This document shows positions 1 through 11,810 of a stretch of 52,469 bases of DNA, piece after piece. The DNA lies in contig NC_068982.1 in the NCBI RefSeq assembly GCF_001194135.2, positions 5,882,887-5,935,355 on the forward strand, read 5' to 3'. The DNA comes from Octopus bimaculoides. Its lineage: Eukaryota. The notes below the pieces were generated by a model that saw only the letters and a list, made by a program, of their open reading frames with translations, did not search any database and had not been told where the DNA came from. Both the position numbers and the translations under genes were made by a program. Within the stretch, counting starts at the first letter, position 1; every line of letters starts with the position of its first letter.

Positions 1-38
<38 letters not shown>

Positions 39-41
39 TGT

Positions 42-740
42 ATGTATATGTGTGTGTGTGTTCGCTTCGACACAAAGGACAGTACCAATGTTGAGACACC
101 AAGTGGAAAGGAAACTAAAACTCAGAAGTTATGCACCACCTCGCAAAGCAGCGGTGAAGAAAAAGGGACTGACCGAAAGACCAATGAATCTGAAATTAAA
201 GTTCAAAATACTATGAAGAAAAACAAAAGGCGCTCGAAAATAGTGCATGAAACGAGAACTATCTGCAAATTCTCCATAAAATGTGTCTTTTGTCATAGAG
301 GTCTGGGGACGAACTGTCGCTTTGTGCATCCTATGCTTAGGCAGATTTCGAAGTCAAAGCATTAACTATTTTTTATTCAGCCGACAAAGCAGAGTAAAAG
401 GACACCCGATGAAGCCCATAACCCACAATACACTTGCAATAAAAATCCCCCAAAAGCTTGTATGCAAAAGCAGTACGAGCTGTAGCAGTAGAAGCAGAAC
501 AACAATATTTCCTTTTCATTTCGATAGCCGTGCATAAAATTAAATACAAAAAAGAATGTTGCATTGAAGAAAAGGGTACGGTACACTATTTACAAAGAAG
601 AGAATAAAATGTTCATGGGAATGGAATGAAGTAGTTCGTTATTGAGAACGCGGTATTCGGGTTCGTGAGGCCATCGAAAAGCATCATCGTCACAACGATT
701 GCCATCCTATTCACTCACGGAGAAGTGTTCCAGGCAAAGT
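42..740 (+). mobile_element. Degenerate LINE ORF1-like region with CCCH-type zinc finger
   Basis: Low-complexity charged stretch followed by ICKFSIKCVFCHRGLGTNCRFVHP (C-x-C-x-C-x-FxHP); lies upstream of an endonuclease relic. Confidence 0.4.
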
Positions 741-749
741 TATTATTTT

Positions 750-1147
750 GTTATTCTTTTATTCCTTTTTTTTGTTCAGTCATTTGACTGCGGCCATGCT
801 GGAGCACTGCCTTTAGTCAAACAATTCGACCCCAGGACTTATTCTTTGTAAGCCTAATACTTATTCTATTGGTGCTCTTTTGCCGAACCGCTAAGTTACG
901 GGACGTAAAAACACCAACATCGGTTGTCAAGCGAGTGTGGGGGGACAAACACAGACACACAAATATATACATACATACATATACGACGGGCTTCTTTCAG
1001 TTTCCGTCTACTAAATCCACTCACAAGGCTTTGGTCGGCCCGAGGCTATAGTAGAAGACATTTTCCCCAAGGTTCCAGCAGTGGGTCTGAACCGGAACCA
1101 TGTGGTTGGGAAGCAAGCTACGTACCACACAGTCACTCCTGAGCCTA
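750..1147 (-). mobile_element. SINE family A (tRNA head, CORE-like TTGGGCAAGTG segment, (TA/CA)n linker, CAGTCAAATGACTGAAAC tail)
   Basis: Full copy. Other copies: 7815-8395(-), 10011-10195(+), 13325-13565(+), 16510-16775(+), 31790-31950(+), 33720-33950(-), 36345-36505(+), 50400-50655(+), 52280-52445(+). Resembles octopus OR/OK-type SINEs (recalled). Confidence 0.85.
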
Positions 1148-1339
1148 TATAGAATTTCTTTTTTTAATGTCACTAAAAATGGTAAGGTCGTACCACAAAG
1201 AGGTTTAAGAGTGGCACGAAAGAAAGTGCAACCACTGTCGTGGTTATAACTGAAACTATGCCATGCACGCCCGCACACAATACCATCGTAAATAATAGAC
1301 CCGGATTGACTACCATTGCTGCCAAGCCATGCATCACGC

Positions 1340-1720
1340 AGTTTTACTGACAAATATCAGAGACCTCTTACAACGCATAAATTGCACACCTGAAGGATCT
1401 TTTTGCATGCCATCAAGCAATATGCATAACTCTTATTGAGACCCTCCTATCTGGAAAGACAAACGTTGCGGAGATTAACGTACCAATGTATTCTTTGTTC
1501 CGTTCAGACTGAAGAGAAAGAAGTTGCGATGTACAATCTGCGAAGATATCATGCTGCTAAACTCGGCGTTAAACTCGGTCTGTGATACTCTCATAAAGTT
1601 TTTAAGGTAACTTGATGTGGTATTACACAGATTATAGCGCCCACCTGATGCCTCAAATCCCGATGGTAAATTTAAAGTGCATTAATATAGATCTGATGGA
1701 TTCAGCTCACCCAACACTTG
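1340..1720 (+). mobile_element. Degenerate LINE ORF2 APE endonuclease fragment (CR1/L2-like)
   Basis: CITLIETLLSGKTNVAEINVPMYSLFRSD*RER (ITETWL...EI.I..Y..FR.DR motif) and later L*RPPD (YRPP motif); in-frame stops. Confidence 0.65.
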
Positions 1721-3246
1721 ATGACCTGAAGGCAACAAACTTTCGGTATTGACACGCAAGGAATGGAATCACGCAGAATCTCCGCTTGGACTCACGAATA
1801 TGCGCAGAAGACAGTGTGACAATAATGAAGATGTTATGACGAAAGTGCGGATAATTTTTGATTTGCCTTCGTCATTGTTCTTTGAGCTTAAGCACGTGTA
1901 GCTTTATGCTCCGCAACTAGTCGTTCGACAAATAGATATCGATAAATTAAATATCAGACAAAGCACTTGAGTTGATATGATGGACGAAAGTCTTAGAATG
2001 TGGTGTTACAGCATGACTACAGTTCGGTGACCAAAATTGATAAATGAACAAAAGGAAATTCATCATGCATCGCATATTTTTTTTTTTACATATGTTTTCG
2101 TGATAGTTCTGGAAAGCTAAAATATATCAACAACTTGGAAGATTCTTAAATGTCATAGAAACTGAGATAAGACTTTAACTTAACTTTATACATACGTCTT
2201 AACTTTATACATACATCTTTACGACGTGCTTCGGAACAGTTTCAGTCTGCTCAGCACCATTCACAAACTATTTGGTCAATTGTATCTTACCGATAAGTTA
2301 AGGAGGGTTATCCGTTGTTCACTATTTACTTTACACCCCATAGCCGCTCGGAAGAAGCCTCTTGGCGGATAGGGGACAATATCGTACACGCTAATTTCGT
2401 TAGATACATTAAAAAAATATATATTTTGACAGGCTACAAAGGCCTCCTATAAATTTATTGAAAATGAAAATGAGATATTATTTTCATGATTTCTCTTAAG
2501 AAAAGAGACCTTGTTTGAGTGAAAACGAAACCATCCCACAATGCTAGATTTAGACTAGCCGAGGACCAGAAACCGTCATAAAAATTGAAAATATATGTCT
2601 GTTAACTATTCTGAACCTCCTATGCATTATGAGGCCCTAAGCCGTTCAGCTTACGTTTAGATCCGGCAATGCCAGTACACCAGGAACTTATTAACTTTAC
2701 GGTGCAAGAATACAAATTTGAATTCTACACCAATGAAAATCTGGCAGAGCATGATCAATTCTCCTCTTTTGCTGCCTTGACGCATTGAAGTGCTTGTTTC
2801 CGAAAGTATTCACCAGTAAATACGTTTTTATCGATATCAACAGGAAATACTTGAAAACAGGGCCACTAAATAATTAATATCAAATATTACCGTGATAAGA
2901 CTTTGTTTTTGTTGAGTTCAAAAGAGTTTCGTCGAGTCGTAATAAGTGTTTTAGTAGCACACTACAGAGCTGATTTGTTTTTCTAACCAAGATTTGTACA
3001 TAGACGAAGTATTACCAAAGTGTAATAATGATTTCCAATTTTGGCAAAAAGCCAGAAAGTTCGGGGAAGGGATAAAATCGATTACATCGACATCAGAGCT
3101 CAACTGGTACTAATTTTTTCGACCCTGAAAGGGTAAAATGCGAAGTCGACCTCGGCAGAAATTGAACTCAGAACGTAAAGACAGACAAAATGCTGCTAAA
3201 CAATTTAACCGACAAGTTGATGATATTCTTGAGAAGTAGTTTCATT

Positions 3247-3965
3247 GGATCTTTTTTAAAACGGGGGCCACATTTTTCATTAACGAAACACTTTGAAACT
3301 TGGAACACTGGTAGAATGTGTCATATAAAACATCTTTTTCTCTTAGTCTTCTTTAAAAAAAAAGAAATCCATAAATTATTCCATGTTAAAGTTGTCGTAT
3401 TTCTGTAATTTCAACCAATCACTGACGTCCATTCAGCCGATATACATTAAGTGCCGACTACATAAACAAACGATTCTGAAACAATTAACCCTAACCCTAA
3501 CCCTAACCCTACGGTTAGGGTTGGGGTTAGGGTTAGGGTTAGGGTTAGGGTTAAAGCAAATTTAAAATGAAAAAAGCAAATAAAACGAAGGTNNNNNNNN
3601 NNNNNNNNNNNNNNNNNNNNNNNNNNNNNNNNNNNNNNNNNNNNNNNNNNNNNNNNNNNNNNNNNNNNNNNNNNNNNNNNNNNNNNNNNNNNNNNNNNNN
3701 NNNNNNNNNNNNNNNNNNNNNNNNNNNNNNNNNNNNNNNNNNNNNNNNNNNNNNNNNNNNNNNNNNNNNNNNNNNNNNNNNNNNNNNNNNNNNNNNNNNN
3801 NNNNNNNNNNNNNNNNNNNNNNNNNNNNNNNNNNNNNNNNNNNNNNNNNNNNNNNNNTTCTATAACACAAAATAGATAAGTATACGAAGTTTGAAAGTCT
3901 TTCCGTACCAAAAACACTACGTAAAACATTAATGAAAAATGTGGCCCCCGTTTTAAAATAGATCC
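3247..3965. mobile_element. Non-autonomous TIR element, probably Merlin superfamily, with internal telomeric-repeat hairpin
   Basis: 37-bp TIRs GGATCT(T/A)TTTTAAAACGGGGGCCACATTTTTCATTAA (1 mismatch); perfect 8-bp TSD GTTTCATT at 3239-3246 and 3966-3973. A 5'-GG TIR with 8-bp TSD fits Merlin. Contains an N gap. Confidence 0.75.
3484..3552. repeat. Inverted telomeric-type repeat (CCCTAA)n-(TTAGGG)n
   Basis: About four CCCTAA-type units, then about six TTAGGG-type units, forming a fold-back. Confidence 0.9.
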
Positions 3966-4109
3966 GTTTCATTTAACTAATCACTTAACCTAATTATAAG
4001 AAATATTTAATTGCTTTTGTTTTGTTTTTTAAAGATACAATGGGTAATACGACTTTCTCCCGAGGAAACAGAAAAAAGAAAAAAACGTGTCCTAGTGGTT
4101 ACGAGTATT

Positions 4110-4260
4110 GTACTCGCGATCTCACGATTGTGATTTCGATTCTCAGACAGGCTGCGTGTTGTGTTCTTGAACAAAACACTTTATTTCACGTTGCTCCAGT
4201 CCACTCAGCCGTAAATGGTTCACTATACGACGAATTAGCTTTCCGATCTTGGGGAACGTT
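4110..4260 (+). mobile_element. tRNA/CORE-type SINE head (further family)
   Basis: GTGGTTACGAG...TTCGATTC...CGTGTTGTGTTCTTGAACAAAACACTTTAT; related minus-strand fragment at ~41250-41440. Confidence 0.55.
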
Positions 4261-4399
4261 GGTCTGCTCGTCTCGTCAGCAGGGCAGCAGCATCTTTCGA
4301 AAGCTAAAATGATGTGAAAGCGCATTGTGACCAGCAATGTGTAACAATATTCGGTCGTCTGGTCGATATCGAGATACCGTGGTGCGAGAAAGAGAGAAA

Positions 4400-4925
4400 A
4401 GGGAGAAATTTCACAAGGTGTGGCGTTCATGATTTTCCCCAAAACACCAGCGGCATAAAATAATCGAATTGATTTCAATCGGAAATCGAAAGCAACTTGC
4501 AAACTAATCTTATCGAGAAGTGATCCCTTCTTCAGTACATTTTGTGATGGCAAACTCGTAAATTTATCTCGGTTGTGTGCAAGACTACACAGACTATGCA
4601 TTCTGCAGAGCTGTAATAACCCATTTTTAGAAGGTGGCCCACACAACAAAATGGGGAAAATTTCATGGACCGTCACCTAGAATACGACAAATTGAGAGCA
4701 TCGGATAAAATACCACCTGTTATTTGTTCCTATTCTCTATGCTCTGAGTTCAAATACTACCGAAGTCAACTTCATTTTTCATACTCTGGAAAAACAGGGG
4801 AAGTAGTCTTGTGGAACTATTACAACGTCGGTCTCAAGAAATATCTTGAGGTATCTGTTCCAGCCTTTCGCTTTCTAATCACACCTGCTACGACACGAGT
4901 ACTAAACTGCATCACCTCTAAAGCG
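4400..4925 (+). mobile_element. Very degenerate LINE reverse-transcriptase fragment
   Basis: EVSVPAFRFLIT resembles QGSVLGPLLFLI; F*KVAH resembles AFDKV.H; heavily decayed. Confidence 0.3.
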
Positions 4926-4942
4926 TTGACCTTTCCCTAGCA

Positions 4943-5487
4943 CAGGGATCACCAAACTTTTTTCACGGCGGACCAAATAACTGAGAGAATAAAGAGCGCG
5001 GGCCGCATAACCATTTTTTTTCAATTCAATACAGTGTATACACAGAAAATAAAGACAACCAACATATTTATTTACCAAAGAAGTTATCAAAGAAGGCGAC
5101 GTTAGCAATAAGATAGTCATATCAGACCCAGTGTGCACATATCCGAATCTCACAAACTAAACAGCAAAAAAGGTTGGTGAGATTTGTGAAACTGGTGTTT
5201 AGCTTTTAAAGACATCATCAATATTTGCTTTGGAATTGCTGCATCCAACCAAGAGAATTGCTTTCAAATGTTCATCAGTCAACCTCGTTTGATGAGCTGA
5301 CTTCACATTCTTCATTATTGAAAATGTTTGCTCACAGACATAAGTCGTTCCAAACACTGATGCCATGCCAGAGGCAAATGAACTCTCATTGCAGGTGTTT
5401 ATACAAACGGTACAGTGCGGCGGTGGGCCGGATGAACTGACCTCGCGGGCCAAACCCGGCCCGCGAGCTGTAACTTGGTGATCCCTG
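4943..5487 (-). mobile_element. hAT-Charlie/SPIN-like internally deleted element with transposase C-terminal dimerisation fragment
   Basis: TIRs CAGGGATCACCAA / TTGGTGATCCCTG; 8-bp flanks CCCTAGCA / CTCTACCA (6/8); minus-strand FGTTYVCEQTFSIMKNVKSAHQTRLTDEHL. Confidence 0.9.
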
Positions 5488-5964
5488 CTCTACCACAACG
5501 TCGGTGGCATTGAGAAAGGAGACTTGCATCTTTGAGAGCAATTATCAGTCTTTTACATAATGATTAAAAAAAGAGAAGAAAGACAAAAAAAACACTTTAT
5601 TTTGGTCTGCTCATACATATGCGAATATAAGTCAATCCTGGTCGACCGAGGCCCTTGTATTGCATTATGCAACGCGCTAAGGCATAAAACTAATTGTGTT
5701 TATATCTTAAAACTGTCATTGACTTCTAGTGACCCAACTGGACCACGTTGTGCATCTCTGTTATATCGAGTCTATAATGTCGATTTAAAATAAGAACAAT
5801 TACTTGATCAACCTTTATAGATAAGAAAGGCAATATCGGCCCTTGTCTGTAATAATGCAATGAAACGGAACGCAACAAATGACGTGAGTTATTATTTCGA
5901 TCAGTTACCTATTGTCTTGCAGCGTTACTACCATTCCAGGATCAATATTACGGTTATTCTAAGG

Positions 5965-6180
5965 CAGCGATCTGGCAGAAACGTTAGCACGCCGGGCAAA
6001 ATGCTTAACAGTATTTCGTCTGTCTTTACGTTCTGGGTTCAAATTCCGCCGAGGTCGACTTTACCTTTCATCTTTTCGCGGTCGGTAAATTAAGTACCAG
6101 TTCAGCACTGGGGTCGATCTAATCGACTGGCCCCCTCCCTCAAAATTTCGGGCCTTGTGCCTAGAGTAGAAAAGAATATT
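5965..6180 (+). mobile_element. SINE family B (tRNA head + GCCTTTCATCCTTTCGGGGTCGATAAATTAAGTACCAG central domain, Meta/MESC-like)
   Basis: Full copy. Others: 3020-3215(-), 20490-20660(+), 22950-23165(-), 25700-25910(+), 30215-30620(-), 32745-32960(+), 44775-44970(-), 46465-46655(-), 48215-48430(+), 51310-51510(+). Domain name from memory. Confidence 0.8.
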
Positions 6181-6339
6181 ACGGGTATTCTACAATGTTT
6201 TGAACATTTTAATACATTGCGTGCCATTTAGAGGCCCCCTGCAACTTTTTGTTTCGAGGCCCCTTTCAAAATTCATTATCTACACACCTTTTATTCATAG
6301 CTATATTTTACTTTATTCTCTCTGAAGTTCAATATTTCA

Positions 6340-6521
6340 CATATAAACATCTTTAAATGATTTTTCCGGAGCATAGTCACCATCTACTTCAATTACTGCT
6401 TCCCATTTGCCTGACTGACGGTCAGACCGTCATTTAAAGATATTTTTGTTAAATATTGTCATTGTTTTTGTTGAATAAAATTTGTTGAAAAAAAGCTGCA
6501 AAAATTATGCACCAACCCAAT
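6340..6521. mobile_element. Partial copy of the mariner MITE
   Basis: Ends in AATTATGCACCAACCCAATA; body homologous to 39111-39364. Confidence 0.7.
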
Positions 6522-8015
6522 AAATAGATGACTCATCTACGTTCTTTGATCTGAACTTGGAGCCCCTCAACCGCGGAGGTCCCCTTCGACAACAGGCGTT
6601 GCAGGGACTAAGCGACGGTGAATATCACGCTGGAGCATTATGTAAATAGTTTTTATACCACATATTTAAGGCAAATTAGCCTTGAGGCATTCACTCTTTA
6701 CAAACAGAAGGAATCGAATAGAAAGCAAACGAGAAGTATTTATACAGTTTCCGCTGATAATAACAGCTAGCTTTTACTCCTGTTTACAGACAGACTGAAA
6801 CGGTATGGGTTAAGAGTTTTGACAATACTCAAGATGAAAGATATGAGATAAATGGCGGAGGTGCGTTCTTACTATCACCATTGACTTTCAATTTCTAATT
6901 CCCATTCACTGTCGTCCGTCCTTGTACGGAATTGTCCTGCTTGACGTGAAATTCCGTACTGACGTCATAATAGAATGTTTGCATTACTAATCGAAGTAAA
7001 TACTACAAGAACAAGACGTTTCTATTAAATTATCGGTAAACTACTGTGAAAATTTATGATAAGATCCTCTTTCATTATGTTTTCTTGTTAGTTTGTTTGC
7101 CAAGGAATCTACTTCCCTCGAGTTGAAGAGCAATACTTATATATCCGGCGTTTCCATAATTTATCTCTAAAATTCAGATGTGTGTGTGTGTGTGTTCGCG
7201 TTCTAGCTTGTTTTCATGTCACCAGAGTTATTGTTGTACTTTCACTGCATCGATTGATACATAAATAGATTTGTATCGGTAACGCAATAATAATTACTGT
7301 TTTGTATGGAAATACGTAACTCGACAAATTTTCTCCAGGAACGGTGGTTTTAAAGTCAAATAATTCCTCTGATAATTAAAAGTGGTTATTCTTAGAATAA
7401 CTTGAACAATACTGTTGTTTAATTCCATGTCATGGAATGACGTCAATACACCAATAAGTACAAATATTTGTACCGAAACTGTATGGTCAGGATAGGCTTT
7501 ACAATTTCTCTGTGGTTTTCCATACACAAGACTACAATAAATTAGTAAATACATGTAGTATTTTTTCAACTAGGTTATCAAAAGAATTTAAAGTATTATA
7601 ATTCTTCAGATCCTGAAGTTCCTGAATCACCCTGACTCATGTTTTCCTGCTCATGATGTTTGTTTATAAGATACTTAACATCATTACTATGTAGTTAATC
7701 ACAATGATGTTTTCCTTTGGTTAACCCTGACCTTGTCACAAACACCGTTCACAATACGAGTCGCATCCAATTCAGAATTAATGATCTACTGTAGTCTTTT
7801 CGAAATCCTTTCTGCTATTCTTTTATTTTTTTCGGTCATTTCACTGCGGCCATGCTGGAGCACCGCCTTTAGTCCTTTAGTCGAGCAAGTCGAACCCAGG
7901 ACTTATTCTTTGTAAGCTTAGTACTTATTCTATCGGTCACTTTTGCCGAAGCGCTTGTTACGGGGACGTAAACACACCAAGCGATGTTGGGGAGGACAAA
8001 CACAGGCACATAAGC

Positions 8016-8051
<36 letters not shown>

Positions 8052-8699
8052 TTTATTTTCTCCTTGTAATAAATAACTCGGATAAAATAAATTGGTTAAT
8101 AGATACCAGGGTAGCAAAGATCACAAAATAACTGTGGTGCAACTCCTGTTTATGAGGTAGAAACTCGCTGATATTTTGGGTATTTGAGTATATATAANNN
8201 NNNNNNNNNNNNNNNNNNNNNNNNNNNNNNNNNNNNNNNNNNNNNNNNNNNNNNNNNNNNNNNNATATGACGGGCTTCTTTCAGTTTCCGTCTGCCAAAT
8301 CCACTCACAAGACACTTGCCCAAGGTGCCATGCAGTGGGACTGAACCCGGAACCACGTGGTTGGGAAGTAAGCTTCTTACCACACAGCCGCTCCTATTTC
8401 GATTAATAAATATATTATTCGGATATAACGGAACAGAGTTAATCTCCCAAATGCTCATAATCCGAATATTTCATCAATGAGTGATAGTCTTTATTGAAAT
8501 GGAAGTTGTAGAAATCATGCAAGCTACATATGAATTATATTAATATTTTATATGCAAAAGCATTTATGTTTTATGCTCTCCTAATTCTAGTATCCATTTT
8601 AACAAAGAATATCTCAGGGAGAGTGTGGATTAATATATTTAATGTATTGGGTTGGTGCATAATTATTGCAGCTTTTTTTCAACAAAAACAAGAACAATA

Positions 8700-9250
8700 T
8701 TGGAGAGTATTGTAGTTCGCTTGAAGCATTGTTTATTGTTTGTAAAGAATAAAAAGCTTTGAATGGTACAACAATGCACTATAATACAAGCAATAGGCTA
8801 TGTACCTGTTGTAATTTAGTCATCCATAGTCTGATAATATTTCGGAATAAAATTCCTTCTTCAGATATTATAAACAATAGATGAGCATATAATCAAAAAT
8901 GAACCTACATGCATCCAGATGTATCTACATAATATATTGATTACCAACCTCCAGCCTGTTGTTAATTTGGGGTCCTAGTCTGTGTATGAGTATAGCTTCC
9001 TTAATTCTTAAATCACCCAAATTTCTTTCATTGGCCTCATATGTAACTGTTACGCTTTTGTCGGTGTTCTGGCTAGATGTTTTCTGAACGAGGAGGCTCT
9101 CGTGTTCAGATGTTCTTTGATGCGGACGTGTAACGGTCTTGTGCTACCCATATAGAACTTGTTGTATTTGTTACATTGTATTCTATACCCGTTGGCCTAA
9201 ATCTGTGCATTGATTGTTGTCTCTTGTTCGTTTCTTTACGATGTGTCCTC
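8700..9250 (-). mobile_element. Penelope-like element 3' fragment (GIY-YIG endonuclease + pseudo-LTR)
   Basis: YRIQCNKYNKFYMGSTRPLHVRIKEHLN...LRIKEAILIHRLGPQINNRLE with a frameshift; hammerhead-like motif downstream. Confidence 0.85.
8831..8870 (-). ncRNA. Penelope-associated hammerhead-like motif
   Basis: CUGAAGA-A-GGAAU-UUU-AUUCC-GAA-AUAU-U; stem I weak; downstream of the GIY-YIG fragment. Confidence 0.55.
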
Positions 9251-10342
9251 AGATGGGAAGCAGTAATTGAAGTAGATGGTGAATATGCTCCGGAATAATA
9301 ATTTAAAGATGTTTTTGTTACATGTTATTGTTTTTGTTGACTAAAATTTGTTGAAAAAAAGCCGCAATAATTATGCACCGACTCAATATAAAGCTCTGTG
9401 GTTCGGTCCTTGAGTTAAGTGGGTTTTAGTCCTTTCATCAATTGAAATCATATCGAAACTGTTGTTTCACTGAGTTAGGAGAAGTGATAAAAGAGATTAC
9501 GGTCACGTGTTTCCATATCGGTACATTAATCATCATTGGGGCTGATAAATTAAGTACCGGGGTTGATTTAATCGACTGGCCCCTCTCCCCCCAAAATTTG
9601 TGCCGAGAGTAGAAAAGAATATGCTGTGCTTGAGAAGACCTGCTGAGCCAAGTAAAATCGTACTCATGGCCGATGCCAGTGCCACTTGACCGACTCCCAT
9701 ACTGGTGGCACGTAAAAAGCACCCACTACACTCATGGAGTGGTTGGTATTAGGAAGGGCATCCAACTGTAGAAACCTGGCTAGACTGGAGCCTGTTGCAG
9801 CCTCCCGGTTTGCCAGTCCTCATTCAAACCGTCCAACCCATGCCAGCATGGAAAGCGGATGTTAAGCATTTATGATGATGAAAGGTGTTGAAAACTGTCA
9901 GTTAATTTTTGTTATGGTGGCTTTATTATTGAATGGTAGCTTTTCAGATAAAGCAAAGCATACGAAACGTTTAACTGAAAAAGTGAAAAGCATCTTTTTA
10001 AAGTAATTAAGGTGGGGTTGTGTGGTAAGAAGTTTGCTTCCCAACCACATTGTTCTGGGTTCAATCCCACTGTGCAGCACCTTGGCTAAGTGTCTTCTAC
10101 TATAGCCTCAAGACAACCAAAACCTTGAGAATAAATTTGGGAGACAGAAACTGAAAGAAACTAGTTGTGTGTGTGCGTGTATTTGTATATATATAATGGA
10201 GAAATTGTACAAAATGTATAACTGGAAAAGTGAAAAGCGTCTTTTTAAAGTAATTAAGGAGGGGTTGTGTGGTAAGAATTTGATGGACATATAGCGGTAC
10301 GTAAACCAACTCAAGAAATCTCTAGTGAGACTTTTTATTGAT

Positions 10343-10382
10343 GTACCTGAAGAGACACAGAACGGGTCGAAACATGTTGTAC
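10343..10382 (+). ncRNA. Minimal type I hammerhead ribozyme motif, intact
   Basis: GUAC-CUGAAGA-GAC-ACAGAACGG-GUC-GAA-ACAUGU-U-GUAC: all core nucleotides, 4-bp stem I, palindromic ACAUGU. Confidence 0.75.
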
Positions 10383-11444
10383 CCAATTGAGTCTATTACA
10401 CATTCCATTCCTATCTTATTAATACTATCAGCGTCGTCGTTTAACGTTTGCTTTCCATACTAGTATGGGTTGGAGGGTTTGACTGAGGACAGGCGAGCCA
10501 GAAGGCTGCACCAGTCTCCAATCTGATCTGGTAATGTTTCTACTGCTGGATGTCCTTCCACGTGCCACTGGCACGAGGGCCAGTCAGGAGGTACTGGCAT
10601 TGGCCACGCTCAAATGATACTTTTTACGTGCCACCTGCACAGGAGCCAGTCTGGCAGCACTGGCAACGGCCACGCTCGAATGGTGCTTTTTACATGTCAC
10701 CAGCACGGGAGCCAGTGAGCGACCCTGGCAACGATCACGCTGGAATGGTGTTTTCAACGTTCCACTGGCATGAAAGAATGTGTTGAAACCATAATGATAT
10801 CCATGGGGCAGCTGATGAGGGAGACATGTTGGTTTGTTGGTATGGCTGTGGAGTAGTATTATGACACATATTTTGATATATATATATATATATATATATA
10901 TANNNNNNNNNNNNNNNNNNNNNNNNNNNNNNNNNNNNNNNNNNNNNNNNNNNNNNNNNNNNNNNNNNNNNNNNNNNNNNNNNNNNNNNNNNNNNNNNNN
11001 NNNNNNNNNNNNNNNNNNNNNNNNNNNNNNNNNNNNNNNNNNNNNNNNNNNNNNNNNNNNNNNNNNNNNNNNNNNNNNNNNNNNNNNNNNNNNNNNNNNN
11101 NNNNNNNNNNNNNNNNNNNNNNNNNNNNNNNNNNNNNNNNNNNNNNNNNNNNNNNNNNNNNNNNNNNNNNNNNNNNNNNNNNNNNNNNNNNNNNNNNNNN
11201 NNNNNNNNNNNNNNNNNNNNNNNNNNNNNNNNNNNNNNNNNNNNNNNNNNNNNNNNNNNNNNNNNNNNNNNNNNNNNNNNNNNNNNNNNNNNNNNNNNNN
11301 NNNNNNNNNNNNNNNNNNNNNNNNNNNNNNNNNNNNNNNNNNNNNNNNNNNNNNNNNNNNNNNNNNNNNNNNNNNNNNNNNNNNNNNNNNNNNNNNNNNN
11401 NNNNNNNNNNNNNNNNNNNNNNNNNNNNNNNNNNNNNNNNNNNN

Positions 11445-11564
11445 AATATTTTTCTGTTCTATAACACAAAATAGATAAGTATACGAAGTTTGAAAGTCTT
11501 TCGGTACCAAAGACACTACGTAAAACATTAATGAAAAATGTGGCCCCCGTTTTAAAATAGATCC
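11445..11564. mobile_element. Right end of a second copy of the GGATC-TIR element
   Basis: Near-identical to 3858-3965 including the TIR; left part lost in the N gap. Confidence 0.8.
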
Positions 11565-11737
11565 AAGAAAAGTTCATAATTATTTCTTACTAGTTTCAAC
11601 AGAGTCCACGTGGAAGCGTTTTATGTATGAGAACATAATGGCAGTTTTGTGTGTTGACAGCTATTATGTTCCCACACATAAAACGCTTCCACGTGGACTC
11701 TGCTGAAACTAGTAAGAAATAATTATGAACTTTTCTT
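11565..11737. repeat. 173-bp near-perfect palindrome
   Basis: Arms AAGAAAAGTTCATAATTATTTCTTACTAGTTTCA...GGAAGCGTTTTATGT and its reverse complement; short spacer. Confidence 0.9.
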
Positions 11738-11758
11738 TTATTACACTTTTAAAAATAT

Positions 11759-11810
11759 GTATTTTTGATAAGGTTCATTTTTCCAAGAAGAACCGAAACA
11801 TGTAAAATAC
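11759..11810 (+). ncRNA. Decayed minimal hammerhead motif
   Basis: GUAUUU-UUGAUAA-GGUUC-loop-GAACC-GAA-ACAUGU-A-AAAUAC: perfect stems I and II; two transitions in the CUGAUGA core. Confidence 0.6.

Larger units (their letters stand above)
8645..9390. mobile_element. Mariner MITE (Hsmar1/MADE1-like TIR) split by a Penelope fragment
   Basis: TATTGGGTTGGTGCATAATTATTGC at left, GCAATAATTATGCACCGACTCAATA at right; body matches the intact copies at 39111-39745. Confidence 0.8.

Noticed and set aside
3484-3552. Telomere-telomere fusion site
   Set aside because: The order is CCCTAA then TTAGGG, opposite to a fusion scar, and the tract lies inside a TSD-flanked TIR element.
7450-7495. Hammerhead-like GTAC hairpin + GAAACTGTA-TGGT
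   Set aside because: The CUGANGA core is absent or too mutated to support a call.
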